Shown: positions 38,398 to 51,121 of the stretch, in pieces
Layout: every line of letters starts with the position of its first letter
How positions within the stretch are numbered: the first letter of the stretch is position 1
Assembly (NCBI GenBank): GCA_965113315.1
Contig: OZ220365.1
Origin: Podarcis vaucheri
Lineage: Eukaryota
Direction: 5' to 3' (one strand)
DNA: 64,000 nt
Notes under the pieces: model-generated
What the model was told of the DNA's origin: nothing
Seen by the model: the letters and a program-made list of their open reading frames with translations, nothing else
The model's database searches: none
Position numbers and translations under genes: made by a program

Positions 38398-39732
38398 CGA
38401 TGGATTAATTAATAAATTTATAGATGGGCCAATAAAATTATAGATGGACCAACTTGTTTGGTATAAAGCAGCTTTCTCTTTTCCTATGACTGAGTGCATA
38501 AATTTATATCAGTGTCTCCACGTATGCTGGGGGGGAGATAACTGCTGCTTTCCTGATACATAAACAGAGGATGCAATAATGAGAACACCCATCCTTTGTC
38601 CCTAGTCTCTGGACTCCTCCCTTAAAACTTCGCACTACCAGCTTAGAACCTGCATATCCAAGCCTGTTGTCTCCATGTTGCATATAAGGCACGTTTCAGC
38701 TTGCCCTGCCAAGAGGAACAGGGATTGCATTTTATTTATGTTTGCGGTGTCACTTTTTATAGAGCAATCTGTTTTAATGCAGCTTAATATAAACCTGTAA
38801 ATGTCTTTGAGACTTTACTACCCCGATCAGTCACCTGGCCCAGCCATCTGCTGAGAAAGCGTCTACAAAGCAGCTTGCAGAATACAGGAAAAGCTTGACA
38901 GCTGATTGGCCCAGCCAATAAAAATGTGCCTTTGGAGTGTTTCTGCTCCTGTCCTGGGCAGGCGGATGTCACTAGAGGGGGTTTAGTTCCTGAATTCCCA
39001 CCCCACAAACGTTCAAAGAACATTCTCCAGCCACCTGTATGAGTGTACCAATGCACATAACAATACACGTAACATTTTGTGCACGTTAAACTTACCTATT
39101 ACAGAGAAGTCATGTTTGCCAAAGATCCCATTCCTCCCATTTCTTCACTACCAACTCTGTGGAAGTACTCTCTCCATATCATTTAATGTGTTTGTTTTAA
39201 TACTGTTCTGGGCTTTTATTGCCGTTTCAACAGAAAGGTGATTAATATATTTAAAAATATATAAATGCATACCATATTCCCAGGTTGCTAGCTTTCACTG
39301 GTTTAATAGTTGGACATATGAACTAATGCTTTACTTGATTAATGAGAGCACATTTTAACTGTTGAACCTGAAAGCGAAAGGGCACTGTTTTTATATTTTT
39401 TGAGAATATTTTAGTTCTGGTTTACCACCAGAACAATATAAAATATACAATGAATAGCAGAGTTAGTTTAATAAAATCAGGCCCTTGCACATTTTTCAGT
39501 ATCAATCTACTATATGAAGGTATTAGTGAGATGCATGTTTAATTAAATGTGATAGAAAGTGAAACACTTAAAAGCCATCTGGTTAGGTCACTAAAGATTA
39601 TTTAATGCAATACCTATATTGCAGATATAAATCGCACCTAAATTGGAGATAGAACGAGCCCAAATGGCTGTGTTATGCCTCTGAATATCACCTGCTGGGA
39701 ATGTATTATTTTATTATTATTTATTGCATTTA

Positions 39733-39976
39733 CAGTCATACCTCAGGTTGAAGTAGCTTCAGGTTAAGCATTTTCGGGTTGCGCTCCGTGGCGTCCCGGA
39801 AGTAACGGAATGTGTTACTTCCGGGTTTCGCTGCTCGTGCATGCGTAGACGCTCAAAATGACGTCACACGCATGCACGGAAGTGGTGAATTGCGACCCGC
39901 AGACGCGGGTTGCATTCGCTTCAGGATGCGAACGGGGCTCCGGAACAGATCCTGTTCGCATCCAGAGGTACCACTG
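39733..39976. mobile_element. Tigger-like MITE
   Basis: TA|cagtcatacctc ... gaggtaccactg|TA. A reverse copy is at 63524-63770. Confidence 0.85.
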
Positions 39977-39987
39977 TATATATCCAA

Positions 39988-40134
39988 TCTCCACAACAAC
40001 CCTGTGGAGGCTAGGCTGAGAGAAGACAGTGACTAGCCCAAAATCACACAGTGAGCTTCATGGCCAAGTGGGGATTTGAACCCTGGTCTCCCAGGTCCTA
40101 GTCTGACACTCTAACCACTACACCACACTGGCTC
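39988..40134 (-). mobile_element. tRNA-derived SINE (same family as 28384)
   Basis: Reverse A/B boxes (taaccactacaccacactggct; gatttgaaccc). Confidence 0.75.
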
Positions 40135-40295
40135 TAGATGGTGTATCCTCCATAGGTAGCGAAGCCGACAAAAAAGTAGACAGACTTGCTACTTGGAAGT
40201 GGGAATCTGGAAGGTTATTGTATGAAATCCTAGAACTAGGCCTAAACGAGAAGGAAACAGAGAATGTTATGCAACCTCAATAATCGCCACATTAG

Positions 40296-40649
40296 TAAAG
40301 GTAAAGGGACCCCTGATCATTAGGTCCAGTCGTGGCCGACTCTGGGGTTGCGGCGCTCATCTCGCTTTACTGGCCGAGGGAGCCAGCGTACAGCTTCCAG
40401 GTCATGTGGCCAGCATGACTAAGCCGCTTCTGGCGAACCAGAGCAGCGCACGGAAACACCATTTACCTTCCCACCAGAGCGGTACCTATTTATCTACTTG
40501 CACTTTGTGCTTTCGAACTGCTAGGTTGGCAGGAGCAGGGACCAAGCAATGGGAGCTCACACCGCCGCGCGGATTCGAACCGCCGACCTTCTGATCAGGT
40601 TCTGTGGTTCTGGGTTCTGTGGTTTAACCCACAGCGCCACCTGCGGCCC
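40296..40649 (-). mobile_element. Full-length Sauria SINE
   Basis: tRNA-like head, (AAAGGT)n tail, and a perfect 13-bp TSD atcgccacattag at 40283-40295 and 40650-40662. Confidence 0.95.
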
Positions 40650-41904
40650 ATCGCCACATTAGCCTTGCCGAATTAGTTGTTCAAATTCATAACTTCTCTT
40701 TAAAGAAAAATGATAAGGGTTTTAACAAAGAGTGCAAAAGGAACTGCTATCTTTTAGCCTGATTAATCAAAACTAATGAGTTCCAAGTGCCGTCTGTTTC
40801 TCTCGACCCACATCCCATCTTCAGCAAAGCCCATTCCAGAACAGCCGAAGGGCCTGTGCTTGCAACTGCAGAGCAATTGCCTTTTCTCTCGTCAAGTACA
40901 GCTTGCATAAATTTCTAGAGCAGATGGTGGAGCTGTGAGACAATCAGATGCCTCTGAAGTGTTTAATACAATTAAGGATATGCAATGTGTAAATGCCCCA
41001 GGCCCAGACATTTTGTCCACTGATTTCTGTAATGCTTTCAAAAACAAATCTGCATAGCCAACCACCACTCCATTTTTTTTCTTTTTGCATGAGCTTACTA
41101 ATGATTTCTATGCCAACAGCAGGAAATTTCAGCAGTTCTTTCTAAGTGAACCATATAATGATTCTTCTTGATTAACTCTTTCAGTCCTGTTAATTAGGGC
41201 TGCCATACGTCCTGAAAATCCCAGACATCGCCAGGATCTTGATCCCTAAAATGGCCTCCAGGCAGAATTTGTTGTGTCCATTCTAAATGACCTGGGAAAC
41301 CTGGGCTTATGACAAAGTGGAGGTTTTTTTTGCCAATTTTCTAAAAAGCAGCCAAAAAAACTTATTTTTTTCTGGCAGTTTTGCAAAAAAAAAAAAAATA
41401 AAGCCCAACAACTTGGACAAAAAACTCACAACTTTGCCCCCTAAAAAAACCTTTTTTGTCCAGATCTTCACTTTCTGATATATGGCAACCCTATAATGAA
41501 CATACTTTGGTTGCGTTAGGCCCCACACCAATGGGTCTTCTAGCACCTATTTAACACATTAGGCAGCAGCAAATTTTGGTTTGCTATCAAGTGTATGCCC
41601 AACTACTAATCACTGTATAATTCCAAGTTGTGCTTGTATGTCTTCCTATACATATAAATGTTAGGCTGCCGCCATACTGCACTTTTTTTATCACCAACAG
41701 GTGGCTACACCAACGCAAGCATGATGACAGACTGGCAGGAAGGCAAGCAGTTCAGCAAACCCCTTTCTGGAGCACTCTGTTAAATACGGCAGCAGCAAGC
41801 TTTAATGGAGGAGGGGAGGAGCTTCAGGGAGCAGTTTGGCAAACAACTTTTCTGTCCGGATTTTCACTGTTTGAAATACGGCAACCCTAGTTGACACAAT
41901 AATC

Positions 41905-42170
41905 GTAAAGGACCCCTGACAGTTAAGTCCAGTCGCGAACGACTCTGGGCTTCCCAGGCAAAACCAGAGCAGCACACGGAAACGCCATTTACCTTCCTGC
42001 CGGAGTGGTACCTATTTATCTACTTGCACTTTCACGTGCTTTCAAACTGCTAGGTTGGCAGGAGCTGGGACTGAGCAACGGGAGCTCACCCCGTCACAGG
42101 GATTCGAACCGCCAACCTTCCGATCAGCAAGCCCTAGGCTCAGTGGTTTAGACCACAGCACCACCCGCGT
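41905..42170 (-). mobile_element. Sauria SINE with internal deletion
   Basis: Matches 40296-40649 at both ends and lacks part of the middle. Confidence 0.88.
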
Positions 42171-43450
42171 AACAGTGCATTAGCGGTGAATATATTCTGC
42201 TTTAGTTTTTTTCTGGGATGCTTCCCCAATGCTACCATGTTGTTGTTATCCGGAAGGGCTACAGTGCAAACACCCTTTCCCTTTGTCTCCTTTCCACCCA
42301 TTTGTCCTCTTCTAAACCTGCTTTTGATTTTGATTTTCAAAAGCTCATTGGAGAAATATTCCCCCAGGTCTGCATGTAATCCATCGAGTTCAGCCTTGAA
42401 GCCAGCACTCGGAAAAGCTGGCCATTGATTAAAAACTCTGCAAAAGTATGATCCATTAGACACCGTACCTCTGAGTCATAATCCCAGAATGCGCTTCCAT
42501 AACCTTTTTTTTTATTTTATTTTTACTGTTGTTATTCAGCACTATTGATCCGAACCACTGGACTGACAGTGATAAATAGGACAGAGCCCACAAACGTACC
42601 CACACATTCTCCCAAGGACTCGCTTTTAGCATTCTGCAGCATTTTGGGAAACACTGAGCTCTGTACTTTTACCCAAAGGACTGTAGGAATAATACATGAG
42701 CAGCTGCTTCACTTTGGCTGGAGCATCAAAAAGGCGGCTTGGGGAGAGGAATTACGCTCAGTATATGTCCCCTGCGAATAACAGAGGCCAGCAAATAACT
42801 TCATTGTGTTCTAAATATGTGAGGTGTGACGCTCTGCACGGACTTAGATCTTCCCTTCTTTTTCCTTTTCTTTTTTTGATAGCAGTTTGTACAGGTTGTG
42901 GTGCACAGAATGTTGATATTCTCCTGTGAACCACTTTGAACCATGCTTGCGTAAATGTAAAAGGAATAATATTTATAGTTGTTTTTCAGGGCTTAATTTA
43001 AAACTTTGCTCACTATTTGACTGAGGTCAGAAAAGGGCTTGTTTGCGACGCTCAGTTCCCCAGTGAGATAATGGATATTTTTAAGGGATGGAGGTTAATC
43101 AAAACATGAGATTGTACAGAGATACTTGACAGACGTAATAGAGCAAACGTAAAGGAAAAACAAGGAGAAGGGGGGGGATATATACAGCAAAAATTAAAAG
43201 CCAAATACTGATTGTCAATCACACGAACTTAAAAACTGGTGAAATAGTTCAGTGGCAGAGCATGATGTTTGCATGCAAAATATCCCATGTTTAAATATCT
43301 GGTGTCCTCAGATAGGGCTGGGGAGCAGTTCCCCCCCCCAAAAAAAAAAAAACCCTCAGCTTGACCACAGCTTCTGTTTTCTAATTGAATGGAAGCTAGC
43401 TTGAGGGAAAGCACATCCAATAGGAGTATTTCCCAAGAAGCTACAGTATA

Positions 43451-43676
43451 CAGTGGTACCTCAGGTTACAGACGCTTCAGGTTACAGACTCCACTAACCC
43501 AGAAATAGTACCTCGGGTTAAGAACTTTGCTTCAGGATGAGAACAGAAATTGTGCTCCAGAGGTGCAGCAGCAGTGGGAGGCCCCATTAGCTAAAGTGGC
43601 ACCTCAGGTTAAGAACGGTTTCAGGTTAAGAATGGACCTCCAAAACGAATTAAGTTCTTAACCTGAGGTACCACTG
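43451..43676. mobile_element. Tigger-like MITE
   Basis: TA|cagtggtacctcaggtt ... aacctgaggtaccactg|TA. A reverse copy is at 57483-57724 and a partial copy at ~31462-31570. Confidence 0.9.
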
Positions 43677-43901
43677 TACCTACAGGTTGCAGCTAACGTC
43701 ATGTATACTAGGCTTCAAAGACTGGAGCTGCAGTAAATAGTAATGTGTATTCCACCCAATATATTTCTGTTTTCGTTATTAAAGTTGGCTTTATTTTCAA
43801 AAGATGTCATAGATTTATTTATATTTATTGGAAGGCAGAGTAACATTACATTGAACGAACGAATAAGCAAACTAACTAATCTGAGGATGCCTTAATAATT
43901 A

Positions 43902-44285
43902 CCGTATTTTTCACCCTATAGGACGCACCGGCCCATAGGACGCACCTAGATGGGGGGGGGAGGGAATAAAGGGGAAAAAATTATTCCCCCCCCCTCAGGT
44001 GCGGGGCTGGGGAAGCCCGAGCTTCCCCCGACCCCAGCCGCCAGAACGGGACCCAGCTTTGGCATCGCTCTGGGAGCTTGTGGGGCTGGGGGAGGGGGAA
44101 GCCCTCCACCAGCCTCCAAACCAGGTCGGGGGACAGCGGGGAGGCGCAGCGGGGCTGGTGACAGGGAGGAGCAGGCTTCTCCCCCCCCCCCGCCAGCCTT
44201 CTAAGAAAGTCGGGGGACAGCGGGATGGCGGCGTTCCGCCTCCCCGCTGTCCCCCGAGCTTGTGGGGCTGGTGGTGGGGCTCTCC
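43902..44285. mobile_element. Truncated pogo/Tc2-like element (family of 7251-8278)
   Basis: TA|ccgtatttttcaccctataggacgcaccgg left end followed by a GC-rich interior. The right TIR is not seen. Confidence 0.65.
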
Positions 44286-45044
44286 TGAAGCCTGGATGTT
44301 CTCTATGGGGAGAACATTCTGCAAATGGGGAGCCATCTCAGAAAAGGACCATTCTTGTGCTGCCACCCTCCAGACCTCTGGTGGAGGAAGCACATAAAGA
44401 AGGGCTTCAAATGATGAGTGCAGGGCCCAGGTCAATTTGTATGAAGAGGCAGTCCTGGAGGTATTGTGGTCCTGAGCCATTTAAAGCTTTATAGGCCAAA
44501 ACCAGCTGTTTTGAATTGGGCACAGAAACTGACAGGCAGACAGGATTTGTGTTATATGCTCAAGCCTATATCAGTAGTAACTGTCAACTCTCCAGGCACC
44601 CGGCTTGATCTCCTGTTGACCTCCCTGTCTGCATTCCCCAGCAAGATTCAGCCTGGTCACGATAGGCGATTCTTCTCAGCGTGAGAAGAACACCCCTCCT
44701 CTTTCTTGCCCCCCGGCAGGGGAAAGAGATAGACAGAAACGTATTTACATGCCTTTATTTCTGTCTTTGCAGCGTTACAAAAAACATGACTGCTCTCTTC
44801 AAGCTCCAGCAGTTGAGAGACAAACACTTCCTGTACTTCCTGTACAGGAACAATAGGAAGAGCTCATATTACACTCTGAGCTAATTCCGGTGTTTTGCAC
44901 TGTGAATTGACTGTCCCTCTGTTTCCCACGGAACAGTCCCAACATTCCATCATGTGATGTTTTCAAGCTAGCAGCTCGCAGCTGCATTGCTTCTATATCG
45001 TAACACAAACTGTCTTCCCCGGTAAGCAGCTTGGCCACCAAATT

Positions 45045-45385
45045 CTTTTCTTTTTTATAAGTATTTTTATTAAACAATTTCAGCATAACAAAATATCAAT
45101 CCACATAATCAATCACCTTATTTTTTTCCCTTCCCCCCCACCAAGGACTTCCTTCAGCTCCCCTCTCTGATTTCTTTGCACATATTGTTCTCTGCATGTC
45201 ATAAAATTGTACATACCCTTGCTTTATCTATCATGTGTTCAACTAATAAATTTGTGGGTGTTTATTCAAAACCTGCCAAGGAGTCCACCATTTTGTTGTC
45301 TTTTTAAGTAATTTGTAAAATGTTCCCATTCTTTCTTGAAGTCACCGTTGTCCTTTTCACGCAGTTTATATGTCAATTTGGAGCC
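45045..45385 (-). mobile_element. L1 3' end fragment
   Basis: Minus-strand KLTYKLREKDNGDFKKEWEHFTNYL resembles the L1 ORF2 end at 53807-54058. AATAAA and an A-rich tail follow. Confidence 0.7.
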
Positions 45386-46060
45386 TAGTCGCTGAAGTTT
45401 CCGAACTGGCTTCTGAGACAGCCCTAAGTATAACCCATTGCAGTAATCTACCCTAGATGTTACCAGAGCATAGACAAGAGAAGCTAGGCTATTCTTCTCC
45501 AGATAGGGGTGCAGCTGGGCCACCAGCCAAAGCTGATGGAAGGCACTCCACACCACCAGGGCCACCTGAGTCTCATGTGACAGCAGCTGATCCAGAAGCA
45601 CTCTCAAGCTCCTTCAAAGGGAGGGCAAGTCCATCAAAGCAGGCAACTTTCCATCCATCCAGTCGAGGGAACTGGCCAGTGACAGTGCCTCTGTTTTATC
45701 TGGATTGAGCTTCGGATTGTTGGCTCTCATCAACGGCTCAGGACATCCACTGCTGCATCTGCAGGTGCAAAGGAGTAGAGCTGGGTGCATATTGCTGAAA
45801 ACATACTCCAGAACGCCGGATAACCCCACTCAGTGGTTTCATGTAGATGTTAAACAGCATAGGGAATTCAACCGAACCCTGAGGAACCCCACATTGAAGA
45901 CTCCATGGGACTCCAAGCATCACCCTCTGGAAACATCCATCCCACCCAGAATGGGTGCTCCAGAATGATTCCATGGTTGATGATATCAAAAGCCGCTGAG
46001 AGGTTGAGGAGAATTAACAGGGGCGGTTCGGAAACATCTGGAATGCCAAAGGAACCACCG
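45386..46060 (-). mobile_element. L2 LINE RT fragment (decayed)
   Basis: Motifs LLILLNLSAAFDIINH, CGVPQGSV, KLNPDKTE and ALVTSRVDYCNGLYLGL, spread across frames. Confidence 0.88.
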
Positions 46061-47384
46061 CACACCTGGTTAGACAATACGAATTAAATGAACCAGTGGC
46101 CGGACAACTTACTAGATTCCTATGGAAATATTAACTAAGCCAACGAGTAGTATCCTGCCCAGTTTCTGGAAAGCAGAGCTCATTAACTCAATTATGTACT
46201 AATTCAGTCTTGGGTTTTGCTTCTCTCTTCATGGTAAACTGAAATTATCACCTTACTATCACTAAATTGATCCATAATCCAAATATAATGAAATGCCCAT
46301 AGTTCTGCATTAGCCTTCATCTAGGGCATGCTCTCTTGCATATCCATTAAGCACATATATTTTTATTTAATTTAAATGGAAATTAGTGAATATATGCATG
46401 TCTAAGCTCTTCAAAAGACCTATCATGTATGAAAAGCAGCTATTAATATGTATTTATTTTACACACAGACCCATAGAAACTAACATTCTGATTTGTGATT
46501 AGAGAAGAATTCACCCCCCCCCCCTTCTCTTCATCGTGATCTTGGTGCTCTCTGCTGATATTCTCGATGGTGCAAAAGTCTACTGGTGAATTTGATTCCA
46601 GAGTTAACATGCTCATTCTGCTTCAGGGGATTTGCTTGAGTTGCCAAAGATCAGGCTTGAAATAAACCAAGTACTTGATAGTGTCACCCATCTGCTCTTT
46701 CCACCTGGATTTTCTGCTGGCCACCCACTCCATAAATGAGCCATGACCTAATTTGCACAAAATAAACACCGAATCTGAAACCAGCTCTAGCCTGACACTT
46801 GCAAACAGATCTAGTGGCCTTTTCCAACCACGAAGAAAGCTCCTCTATTTTCGGCCCAACGATCAGGGCGCCGCTTCAAATTCTTTCCAAAATCAGTTGG
46901 ATTGGTGTGTACAAAATGATATGAACGGCTCTATCTTGAGTGGTGGGTCCAAGTCTGATGACTCCTTCCCATGACTATACAACTTTTGTGACCCACCAAG
47001 CCAAACACAGCCACACCACCCATGTTTGACAGCTCATGTCTCCTTTCTAAACCTCCTCGATTGGCTGCCTCGCTGAGATTTCCACTGGAGCAGAGGGGGT
47101 TGTAACCAGTCGGCAACCCATGGCTGATGGTCTGTGTTTATTAGATACAAATTGTTATCATTATTATTTAGGGTAGGATTCGACTAATGGGTTCCATCAG
47201 CAGAAGCCCTGCACGAGGACTTCTGCTCACACAACGGGACCTTTCCCCCTCTCTATCCCCCATGCCCCCCCCAAATTGAACCAGTCACTGCTGCTCAACC
47301 TACTTCACAGAGTTGGTTGCTGCAGGGATTAAATGAAAAACCATGTACATCACCTTCAGCTCCTTGGAGAAAAAGATGGGATAC

Positions 47385-47960
47385 AAATGCAATGTGCTCT
47401 ATGTGGGGCTACCCTTGAAGACAGCCCACAAACTTCAGCTGGTCCAAAACACAGCAGCCAGATTACTGGCTGTCTGGGGTTCCATTTAGATGATAAATCA
47501 TATAATCCCTGTTTTAAAACAGCTGCACTGGTTGCCGGTTCATTTCCGTACCCAATTCAAGGTTCTCACATTGGTGTTTAAAACGCTAAACAACTTAGGG
47601 CTCAAATATCTGAAATATTGCCTCCTTTCCTGCAGTCTCTCTTGTGTGCTGCAATCGGCAAAAGGTGCCCTCTTCGTACTTGCTCAGAGGCTTGGGGGCT
47701 GGCAGCAGCTCAGGGGAGGGTCTTCTCTGTGAATTTCTTCTCCCCAAATATGAGTCTGATACCTTCATTATACAGCTTCTGGAATTGCTGAAGATGCAGC
47801 CCTTTATCCTGACTTTTGACCCTTGAGGTGTAAGTTTTTAGGACCCATTTATTTTCATGGTCTTAAGTTGTTTCAAATTGTTTTTAATATGGATTTTAAT
47901 GCTGTAACCCGGCCTGGGACTTTAGGGTAAAGGACAGGTAATAAAGAAATTAATAATAAA
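47385..47960 (+). mobile_element. L2 LINE 3' fragment
   Basis: HIIPVLKQLHWLPVHFRTQFKVLTLVFKTLNNLG motif. Confidence 0.85.
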
Positions 47961-48237
47961 AAACCAGGTGTGATTAACCATAATTTGGTGAGTGAACAGA
48001 TGTCCGTACACTAAATGACCAAATGTAGTACAGCAATAAAAGAAAGTTGAAACTTCCACTAAATCAGATAAAATGTTGATAGGGCATATGAAATTCAACG
48101 TTAGGCTGTCCAGTAGATTTAAAGCACTAATTTGCTCTAACATGTTATTTTTGAAACACATGGTAAATTCTTCTAAACTTTTTGAATCTGACCTTGCCTC
48201 CAGAATTCCTTCCTCCTGGGTTTTTGTGTGATATATT

Positions 48238-48253
48238 GGCTCCACCTAGCGGT
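48238..48253 (-). promoter_or_regulatory. Candidate CTCF motif (reverse)
   Basis: Reverse complement accgctaggtggagcc versus the consensus CCASYAGRKGGCRS. Motif match only. Confidence 0.45.
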
Positions 48254-48857
48254 TCTCAATTACATTGGTCATTACTGATCCTGTGGACGATGTTTAACAA
48301 GGAATTAAGAGTTTCACCAACTTAAGAGTTTCAGCTTAGTTTATTGGTTTTATCAAATTGTGTAGCAGGTTAAATATACAATAATTAAATCGGAAATGCT
48401 TCAAGAAAGAGGGATTGTGCCAAGGCAATTTTTAAGGTTTAGGCAGAGAGAGAGTGTGTGTGCATTGCAGCAAGGAGTGCATTTTGTGGTTTGCCTCAGG
48501 TTACAAAATGTCTTGGGCCAGCCCTGCCCACAAGTGAATCCGTTCTGGGAGTTGCTTCTTACAGAAATGAGTGTTCTAATAAATTGCACAATCACAACTG
48601 ATCCACAACTGGGTCTACTTTCAATTTTTTGTGAGAGGAAAATATATACAGATCCATGTGGACCCACCTGTGTGAGTGAACAACAAAAAGAATTGTCTGG
48701 GTTAGCACACGGAGAGCCCAATAGCAGAGTATTAAATCCACAAAAATAGGCAGCACAATGAAGCATTAGGCATGTGGGTTGTAAGACCTTTCTTACCCTG
48801 CTTACAATGCCCCCCTCTTTTGACCCTTTTCGCACGACACATACCACTTTACTTACA

Positions 48858-49040
48858 AATATATAAAGAAATTTTAAAAAATGTCCAGTAGCACCTTAGA
48901 GACCAACTACGGTAAGTTTGTTCTTGGTATAAGCTTATACCAAGAACAAACTTAGCTGGTCTTTAAGGTGCTACTGGACAATTTTATTATTTTATATATA
49001 TATCAACTGTGTCAGACCAACACGGCTACCTACCTGAATG
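48858..49040. mobile_element. Penelope-derived inverted-repeat insertion
   Basis: Inverted arms tgtccagtagcaccttagagacc/ggtctttaaggtgctactggaca, a perfect 42-bp palindrome at 48913-48954, tail gaccaacacggctacctacctgaa, and an 11-bp TSD ctttacttaca. Confidence 0.8.
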
Positions 49041-49271
49041 CTTTACTTACAGATTCATAGGTCTGATACATGTGTTGTTCCATGCAGCTGCACGGAAAAA
49101 CACAGGCAAATACTCTTGAATAGAAAATACAGAATATAGTCCCAGACCCATGCTCTTAAGTTTGGGAGCAAGTATACACATGCCTCCAGAAGCAGAGGGG
49201 GGGGGGGGCTAGGTTTCACTTCCTCCTTCTCCAGAGAGGGTGTGTCACCTAACTGAGTCTGTCCAGCTACA

Positions 49272-49640
49272 CATCAGCCTCAAAATCTTACTGAATTGGA
49301 GAGGATCTGCAAAGAGGAGTGGGACAAAATACCTCCTGAGATGTGTGCAAACCTGGTGGCCACCTACAAGAAACGTCTGACCTCTGTAATTGCCAACAAG
49401 GGTTTTGCCACCAACTACTAAGTCATCTTTTGCAAAGGGATCAAATACTTATTTCACTCATTATAACGCACATCAATCTCTGACTTTTTGTCTTCTGGGT
49501 TTCTGGGGGTTTTCCTGTTGTTATTCTGTCTCTCACAGCTACAGTAAACCTACCATTAAAATTATGGACTGGTCATTTCTTCGTCAGAGGGCAAATGGGC
49601 AAATTTAGCAGGGGAGTCAAATACATTTTCCCCCTCACTG
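49272..49640 (+). mobile_element. Tc1 transposon 3' end (transposase C-terminus plus right TIR)
   Basis: 49272-49421 reads [49 protein letters not shown], typical of Tc1/Sleeping Beauty-type transposase ends. The element terminates ...cccctcactg|TA. Confidence 0.9.
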
Positions 49641-50690
49641 TATAGTGAGAGGGTGGGGAGGGGTATTACTCAGAAGGGTGGTGGGAATGGGTGATGGGCT
49701 GATAGGTGTGGTAAAGCAGTTGCAATTGGACTGCATTTCTGAGGCTTCAAACTTGGATAGCCCAAAGAGTTGGTAAAATTCGTAGTAATAGCATAGGGGA
49801 GGCTGGGGGGTGGGGAGAGAGAGAATTTACTGCTTCCCAATGGCAGCTGTGTCTAAATCCTGGGCTTCTCCCATTGTTTTCTAATGGGGTGTCAGCCAGC
49901 TTCCTTGCAGCTTTCAAATTTCCAGGGGAAAATAAATTTAGACCAGGCTGTGATTTTCATTCTTATACCCTGACCCACCCACCTCCCCACCTCCTATAGG
50001 GCCTGCATGGTTTTTTTGCAGTCCGATCCATCATGTCTACGCAGAAGTAAGTCCTCGTGTAAGTCGATCGGGTCTTACCTTAATTGTTGTGAATAGGAAT
50101 TCCAGCGTGAGACCGAATAAGGAGCTCTTTCTGCCAACTGGGAACTTGAAGCGACGCTGCTTGGAATAAAATGAATTTATTTGTATGTTATGATGGTTTT
50201 CATACTATCTGGTAGAAATCGCTCTTTTGCAGTGAGAAGCGAAGGAGACATCTGCACAAACCCAAACCTTGAAAAGCGTGAATCTGAGATGGATTATGTG
50301 ATTTAAAAAACCCTTTTTAGAGACGGCCGGGTGGGGGCGAATGCATTGCAACAGTAAGCCGTGCTTGGATTTGCTTTTTTAGCTGGACATCATACAATCA
50401 TGTTTTTTTTTGGGGGGGGGGGGAATCTCTCTCTTCAGGTCCAGGAGGAGGAGAATTGCTTTGGAAAACTTCCCCGGGGACGCACGATCCGGCTGTGTCT
50501 CTGCTTCGGGGCTGTAAGGTTTCTTTCTTTTTCCCCGGCGTTATGCACACAGCGCTTGGGGGATTTTTTAATTAAAAGCTTGCTTTTGGGGTCTTCGCGA
50601 CAACATCGATCTAAAAAGTCGATAAAATGGTAGAAGCATCCGGGTAGCATAGAACAGTACCATTCATTTGTATCAGCAGAACTGATAGGT

Positions 50691-50763
50691 GGCTCCATAG
50701 CTCAGTGGTTAGAGCACTGGTCTTGTAAACCAGGGGTCGCGAGTTCGATCCTCGCTGGGGCCT
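50691..50763 (+). tRNA. tRNA-Thr(TGT)
   Basis: 73-nt cloverleaf with acceptor stem GGCTCCA/TGGGGCC, D arm GCTC/GAGC, anticodon stem CTGGT/ACCAG with TGT at 50724-50726, and T-loop GTTCGATC. A and B boxes are intact. Confidence 0.97.
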
Positions 50764-50769
50764 GGGCGG

Positions 50770-50775
50770 TTTTTT
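50770..50775 (+). terminator. Pol III oligo-T terminator
   Basis: T6 run starting 7 nt after the tRNA 3' end, followed by further T runs. Confidence 0.8.
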
Positions 50776-51121
50776 CTCCTTTTTCCTCTTTTTTTCCTTG
50801 AATAACTTAGAATTTAATGCAAAACGTTTCGTACAAGATTTGAAGCTCGTTGATAGAGCTCTGTGGAAATCAAGACTGCTGCCCTTCGATCAACGTAGAA
50901 GAAAAAGTGGGGAGGGACCATTATGGCATTTTTTTTCCTCTACAGCAGGAAAAAATAATTTGTTTATTATTATTTTTTTAAAAAAGAAACATAAATCGTA
51001 TTTACGTACGCCTGCTTCAAAAGTGAAAATTACTTTTAAGAGATTTGAAGGTTCGAAAGGACAGCGGGGAGGCGTCGCTGGTTGCAAAGGCTGCAGTTTC
51101 AGGTGTCTTTCCAGACTGAAG

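Noticed and set aside
40632-40648. CTCF-like motif (gccgcaggtggcgctg, minus strand)
   Set aside because: It is part of the Sauria SINE 5' head and mismatches the first core positions, so the support is insufficient.
45266-45607. 113-aa ORF that looks protein-like
   Set aside because: It is a chance in-frame junction of an L2 RT fragment with an L1 ORF2 end, not a host gene.
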